Source of the DNA: Eledone cirrhosa | Lineage: Eukaryota | DNA length: 64,000 nt | Assembly: GCA_964016885.1 (NCBI GenBank) | Contig: OZ024761.1 | Coordinates: forward strand, 23,560,001-23,624,000 | Direction of reading: 5' to 3' | Part shown: one piece after another, positions 58,058 to 64,000 of the stretch | Layout: every line of letters starts with the position of its first letter | Numbering within the stretch: the stretch's first letter is position 1 | The notes under the pieces: model-generated | The model's database searches: none | What the model saw: the letters and a program-made list of their open reading frames with translations, nothing else | Told to the model about the DNA's origin: nothing | Program-made: the position numbers and the translations under genes

Positions 58058-58245
58058 TCCAGTGGTTAGATCGTTGGACGTACGATGCTAATGATGTAGG
58101 TTCGATTATCGGAGCAGAAGGCTTGCTGTGTCCTTAAGCAAGACACTTCATGTAACGTTGCTGTAGTCAGCAGTTAAAAAGTAAATAAGTACCAACAGTA
58201 ATAGCTGGAGAGTTAACTTTATGATGGACTGTCGTCCCATCCAAA
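58058..58245 (+). mobile_element. Diverged tRNA-derived SINE family A
   Basis: agtggttag (A-box-like), ggttcgatt (B-box-like), ccttaagcaagacactt. Confidence 0.6.
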
Positions 58246-58392
58246 GAGTGGGAAAGCAAGAGAGTCAGAAAGACAATGAGAGAGACAGATAAAGAGACGG
58301 TCAGAGAGAGGAAGAGAGAGAGAGAGTCAGAGAGTGAGGAATGAAGAGAGATAAAGAGACAATGAGTGAGAGATAATTAGATGGTCAGAGAC

Positions 58393-58447
<55 letters not shown>

Positions 58448-58742
58448 GGTCAGAGTGAGAAGGAGAAAGAAGAGTCAGAGAGCGAGAGAGATAAAGAGAG
58501 GTTAGAGAGAGAGAGAGAGAGAGGAAGACTGACAGAGAGAGAGGGGGAGAGCGAAAGAGGATGAGAGAAAGAGGGGGCAAGACAAAGAGACGGTCAGAGA
58601 GAGAGAGAAGATTCCCACAGAGAGAGAGAAAGAGGATGAGAGAGAGAGAAGATTCCCAGAGAGAGAAAGAGGATGAGAGAGAGGAGTCCCAGAGAGAAAG
58701 AGGATGAGAGGGGGAGAGAAAGAGGAGGCGAGAGAGACAGAG

Positions 58743-58806
<64 letters not shown>

Positions 58807-59089
58807 TCGATATTATTGCAATGCTAAAGGATGAAGTTGTTGGAATTGGCGAGTAAAAAGTAATTCAAAAGAGTTTAGAAGTGGAAATGAGTTTGGAAAT
58901 CCTCCAGAAACGATTGTTTTGCTTTCAGTTGTTAGGTTATCGATTATTGATTGTTTTAATGGCCATTATCACCTAAGATTGGGTGTGTGTTTTTGTGTGT
59001 GTATATAACTGAAGGTCTTCAGGGTGGAAGAATGGCCATTGGGGCAGTTTGTATTGCTGGGTTGGTTGTGGGAGAGGTGAGAGGTTTGT

Positions 59090-59450
59090 ATTGCTCGGGG
59101 GTGGCTAAGAGTGAGATGGGGGTTGTACTGCTATTATGGGTGTGTGAGAGAAGGGGGTTTGATGAGGGTAGATTATATTATTGGGGTGGCTAAGAGAGAG
59201 AGGGGGTTGTTCTGCTGGTATGGGTGTGTGAGAGGGGAGAGATTTGTATTGCTGGGGTGGCTTTGTGAGAGAGGAGGGTTTGTTGAGGGTAGATTATATT
59301 ATTGGGGTGGCTAAGAGAGAGAGGGCGTTGTTCTGCTGGTATGGGTGTGTGAGAGGGGAGAGATTTGTATTGCGGGTATGGGTGTGTGAGAAAGGGGGTA
59401 GTTTGATGTGGTTGTTTATATTATTGGGGGTGGCTGAGAGAGAGAGAAGA
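59090..59450. repeat. About 123-bp tandem repeat, G-rich
   Basis: gagggtagattatattattggggtggctaagagagagag recurs at 59164 and 59285. Confidence 0.8.
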
Positions 59451-59733
59451 GGTAGTTTGTATTCCTGGGTTGGGTGTGATGAGAGGGGGGTAGCTTGTAT
59501 TGCTGGGTTGGCTGTGTTGAGAGAGGGGCCAGTTGATGGGGGTAGTTTGTATTGCTGGAATGGTGGGGTGAAAGAGGGAGAGGGGTTTAATGGGGGTAGT
59601 TTATATTGTTGGGGTGGATGTGTTCGTGAGATGATTGTTGGGGCTAGCTTATATTGCTGGGGGCAGAAAGGGGGGATTCGTTGGGGTGGGTGAGAGAGTG
59701 GGGAAAGGGTTCATTGGGGTAGTTGTATCCCTC

Positions 59734-59768
<35 letters not shown>

Positions 59769-60457
59769 TCCTTTCTCTCTCTCTTTCTCTTCCTCTCTCT
59801 TCCTTTCTTTTTCTCTTCCTCTCTTTTTCTCTTCCTCTCTCTCACTCTTCCCCTTCTTCTCACTCTTCCCCCTCCTTCTCACTTTCCCCTTTTTCTCACT
59901 CGCTCTCTCTTCCTCTCTATCCCGCTCTCCCTCTTCCTTTCTATCCCTCTTCCTCTCTTTCTACCGCCCCCGCCCTCTCTCTCTCTCTCTCCATCTTCAT
60001 TTTCTGCTTCATTTAATCTTTCTTCTTCATTATTTTTTTTTCACTTGTTTCCTCTTAATTTTATCTTCTGCTTCCACTTTTCCTTTCTTTGTCGACACCA
60101 CAGAGGGGGGCTAGGGAGAGTGAGGCAAACAGAAAGAGAGACAGACAGAGAGAGAGAGAGAGGGAGAGAGAGAGAGAGAGGCAGACAGAGAGAGAGACAG
60201 AAAGAGAGAAAGGGAGAGACAGGCAGAGAGAAAGAGAGAGAAGAGATAGGGAGAGAGAGACAAAGAGAGGGGGTGAAAAAGTTATTCAACACACGAAAAA
60301 AAAAAAAAAAATCAAAAAAAATTGTCTGAATTGAATTAAAATTTAAATAAATTTAAATAAAATTTAAAAAGACAGAATAAAGTATTATGAAAGATTTTTA
60401 GAAAAATCGTGACTGCATAGAATATTGGTGGCCATTTTGTTACTATCTCTTCTGTAT

Positions 60458-61365
60458 AGTTGTTGTTGTGGTTGATGTTGCGGTTGTTGATGGAATTGTT
60501 GTGGTTGTTGTTGTTGTGGTTGTTGTTGTTGATGGAATTGTGTGGTTGTTGTTGTTGTGGCTGTTGTTGTTGTTGTTGTTGATGGAATTGTGCTGTTGTT
60601 GATGTGGTTGTGGTTGTGGTTGTGGTTGTTGTTGTTGATGTGGTTGTTGTTGTGGTTGTTGTAGTTGTGGTTGTTGTTGTTGTTGATGTGGTTGTGGTTG
60701 TTGTTGTGGTTGTTGTTGTGGTTGATGTGGTTGTGGTTGTTGTTGTGGTTGTTGTTGTGGTTGATGTGGTTGTGGTTGTTGTTGTGGTTGTTGTTGTGGT
60801 TGATGTGGTTGCGGTTGCGGTTGTGGTTGTCGTTGTGGTTGATGTGGCTGTTGTTGTTGTGGTTGTGGTTGTTGTGCTTTTACTGTTGTTGGTGTTGTTG
60901 TTGTCATTGATATTGCTACTATTGGTATTATTGTTGTTGTTGTTGTTGCTACTGTTGTTGATGATGGTGTTACCGTTGTTGTTGTTGGTGGTGGTGGTGG
61001 AGGTAGTAGTGATGGTGTGTTGATGGTGCCACAATTGTTAGTGGAGGTAGTGGTAGTGGTGGCGTGTTGATAGTGTCGCCATTATAGGTGGTGGAGGTGG
61101 TGGTGGTGGTGGTGCAGTGATGGTGTCACCATTATTGGTGGAGGTGGTGGTGGTGGTCGTCGTGATGTGGTGGTGGTATCGCCATTATTGGTGGATGTGG
61201 TGGTGTGGTGGTGGTGTCGCCATTATTGATGGATGTAGTGGTGGTGGTGTCGCCATTATTGATGGATGTAGTGGTGGTGGTGTCAGCATTATTGGTGAAG
61301 GTGGTGGTGTGGTGGTGGTACCGCCATTATTGGTGGTGGTGGCGGTGGTGGTGTTGGTGGTGGTG
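60458..61365. repeat. (GTT/GTG)n arrays
   Basis: Direct reading. Confidence 0.9.
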
Positions 61366-61569
61366 TCTGTCAAAAAAGATATTACGACTTAGGTTTTCCT
61401 TTTTCAATATAAACATTATATAAACATCAGGTCCAGGTATGGCTATGTGGTTAAATATTTCACTTGGAAACCATGTGGTTCTGGGTTCGGTCCCTTTACG
61501 GAGCGGTGGCACCGTGGACAAATGTCTTCTACAATACCTACGTGGGTAGGAACTGTAGAAACCCGTCAG

Positions 61570-61659
<90 letters not shown>

Positions 61660-61703
61660 ATATATATATGTGTGTGTGTGTGCATGTATATATATATATA
61701 TAT

Positions 61704-61911
61704 ATAGGAACGAGTAGGACCCCGACGGCTGAGCTCAAGCCGTTTCGACGGCTAATTCTGGACTCCAGAAGTCCAGAATTTGCCGTCGAAACGGCTTGAG
61801 CTCAGCCCTCGGGGTCCTACTCGTTCCTATTACCCACCCTACTACCCTAAGTATTGAGTACTTTGGTGCGTTATGGTCCACCTGGTTCCTTACCACATTT
61901 CCTTCGTTATA
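61704..61911 (+). mobile_element. Palindromic (TA)n-embedded element, subfamily B
   Basis: Arms at 61704-61764 and 61770-61830, loop ccaga, tail to ccttcgttata. Confidence 0.9.
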
Positions 61912-61921
61912 TATATATATC

Positions 61922-61958
61922 ACTGATGATGGGAAATAGCCCCCGATTGTGCTTTTCT

Positions 61959-61996
<38 letters not shown>

Positions 61997-62033
61997 AGAA
62001 AAGCACAATCGGGAGCTATTTCCCATCATCAGT
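61922..62033. repeat. About 41-bp inverted repeat bracketing a (TA)n tract
   Basis: actgatgatgggaaatagc(c/t)cccgattgtgcttttctctta and its reverse complement. Confidence 0.9.
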
Positions 62034-62060
62034 TGTCTGCTGGGGATGACGGATATTTGT

Positions 62061-62295
62061 ATATTGTTATACTTTGTTGGGGGGGGGGGTGTCATGCTGC
62101 CAATAAAAACACACGCACGTGTTGGTTTTCACTTTAATTTATTATAAATTTTCGCTTGGTTGGTTCGATAACCGGAAAATTGTTTATATATTGTCAAAGC
62201 TCTTTCGTCACACATTCTGTGACCTCCTCGGTGACTAGGTTTTTATTTTGTGTCTCTCCTTTGTTCTGTCCGACACCATCTTGTTTTTGTGTGTT
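62061..62295 (+). mobile_element. Dispersed repeat of about 200 bp (family of 31138)
   Basis: Direct similarity. Confidence 0.8.
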
Positions 62296-62358
62296 CAAAA
62301 ATGAAGTATATATATATATATATTTATGTATATGTATGTATGTATATATTATTGTATG

Positions 62359-62419
<61 letters not shown>

Positions 62420-62513
62420 GTATGTATGCATATATATGTAGATGTATATATATGTATATATATATTTATGTATGTATGTATATATATGTATATATATATT
62501 TATGTATGTATAT

Positions 62514-62549
<36 letters not shown>

Positions 62550-62967
62550 GTATGTATGTATATGTATGTATATATATGTATGTATGTATGTATATATAAA
62601 TATATACATACTACCACCACGACTACCATCCCCAACCCCATTACCACGACTCGACTGCCTCTGTACCACCACAACCACAACAATCACAACCACCACCACA
62701 ACCACAACACCACCACCAACACCACCACAACCACAAACACCACCACCCACAACAACCACAACCAACAACACCACAACAACCACCAACACCAACACCACCA
62801 CCATTAGAGACAACATGTCATCTCGTACTGATATCATCGATTACCTATCTTTTACATCTGATCATATCATCAAATCACCCCACCACCCCCACCTCACCCA
62901 TCACTCCATCTAATTTCAATATCGATTTCAAAGGTAACAGCATTCCAAAACACTTTACGACAGCCAA

Positions 62968-62969
<2 letters not shown>

Positions 62970-63014
<45 letters not shown>

Positions 63015-63453
63015 CATCATCATCATCATCGTCATCACAATTATTTCTATTGTCGTAGTAGTAGTAGTGGTAGTAGTAGTAGTAGTAGTAGTGGTAGTGG
63101 TGGTTGTAGTATTACTACTATTAGTAGGGGTGGTGGTAATAGTAGTAGTCGTGGTGGTGGTGGTGGTGGTGGTGGTGGTGGTGGTGGTGGTCCTGCTTTG
63201 ACATGCTAATCCATTTGTTAGATCAGTTCTGGTAGTAGTAGTAGTTCTGGTGGTAGTAGTAGTAGTTGCTGTAGTTCTAGTTGCAGTGGTGGTTGTAGTA
63301 GTAGTAGTGGTAGTTCTGGTGGTAGTAGTAGTAGTAGTTGCTGTAGTTCTAGTTGCAGTGGTGGTTGTAGTAGTAGTAGTTCTGGTGGTAGTAGTAGTAG
63401 TTGCTGTAGTTCTAGTTGCAGTGGTGGTTGTAGTAGTAGTAGTAGTAGTTGCT

Positions 63454-63497
<44 letters not shown>

Positions 63498-63546
63498 TCT
63501 GGTGGTTGTAGTAGTAGATGCTGTAGTTCTAGTTGCACTGGTGGTT

Positions 63547-63580
<34 letters not shown>

Positions 63581-63712
63581 TCCTGGTGGTAGTAGTAGTA
63601 GTTTCTGTAGTTCTAGTTGCAGTGGTGGTTGTAGTAGTAGTAGTAGAAGTAGTAGTAGTAGTTCTGGTGGTAGTAGTAGTAGATGCTGTAGTTCTAGTTG
63701 CAGTGGTGGTTA

Positions 63713-63762
<50 letters not shown>

Positions 63763-63814
63763 TTTCTGGTGGTAGTAGTAGTAGATGCTGTAGTTCTAGT
63801 GGCAGTGGTGGTTA

Positions 63815-63846
<32 letters not shown>

Positions 63847-63966
63847 TTTCTGGTGGTAGTAGTAGTAGATACTGTAGTTCTAGTTGCAGTGGTGGTTGTA
63901 GTAGTGGTAGTAGTAGTAGTTTTGGTGGTAGTAGTAGAAGTTGCTGTAGTTCCAGTTGCAGTGGTT

Positions 63967-64000
<34 letters not shown>
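62970..64000. repeat. (ATT)n/(GTA)n arrays with recurrent tgctgtagttctagttgcagtggtggtt unit
   Basis: Direct reading. Confidence 0.92.

Noticed and set aside
58058-58120. tRNA gene
   Set aside because: A/B-box-like motifs are present, but there is no cloverleaf and the sequence continues into a SINE body.

Overview
This is eukaryotic, AT-rich DNA saturated with microsatellites ((TA)n, (CA)n, (CT)n, (GTA/GTG)n, (CTT)n). The repeat landscape and SINE-like families resemble Octopus/coleoid cephalopod genomes (inference from recall, not a search). No host protein-coding gene can be supported, and almost all track ORFs are translations of simple repeats. The non-simple islands hold two SINE-like families, RTE-clade LINE remnants (a recognisable RT C-terminus, a terminal C2H2 finger, 5' modules) and several minisatellites, including a CRE (TGACGTCA) array and an X-box-like array. 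The main signal is a dense set of short elements embedded in (TA)n. They carry type I hammerhead ribozyme (HHR) folds, about 9 with an intact CUGANGA...GAAA...UH core plus several decayed ones. Several unrelated families share one architecture (inverted arm, optional body, direct arm, extra tail), as expected for Penelope-like element (PLE) pseudo-LTR remnants or non-autonomous derivatives. One family (about 8 copies, two subfamilies) is a roughly 56-bp-arm palindrome that retains only the 3' half of a hammerhead.
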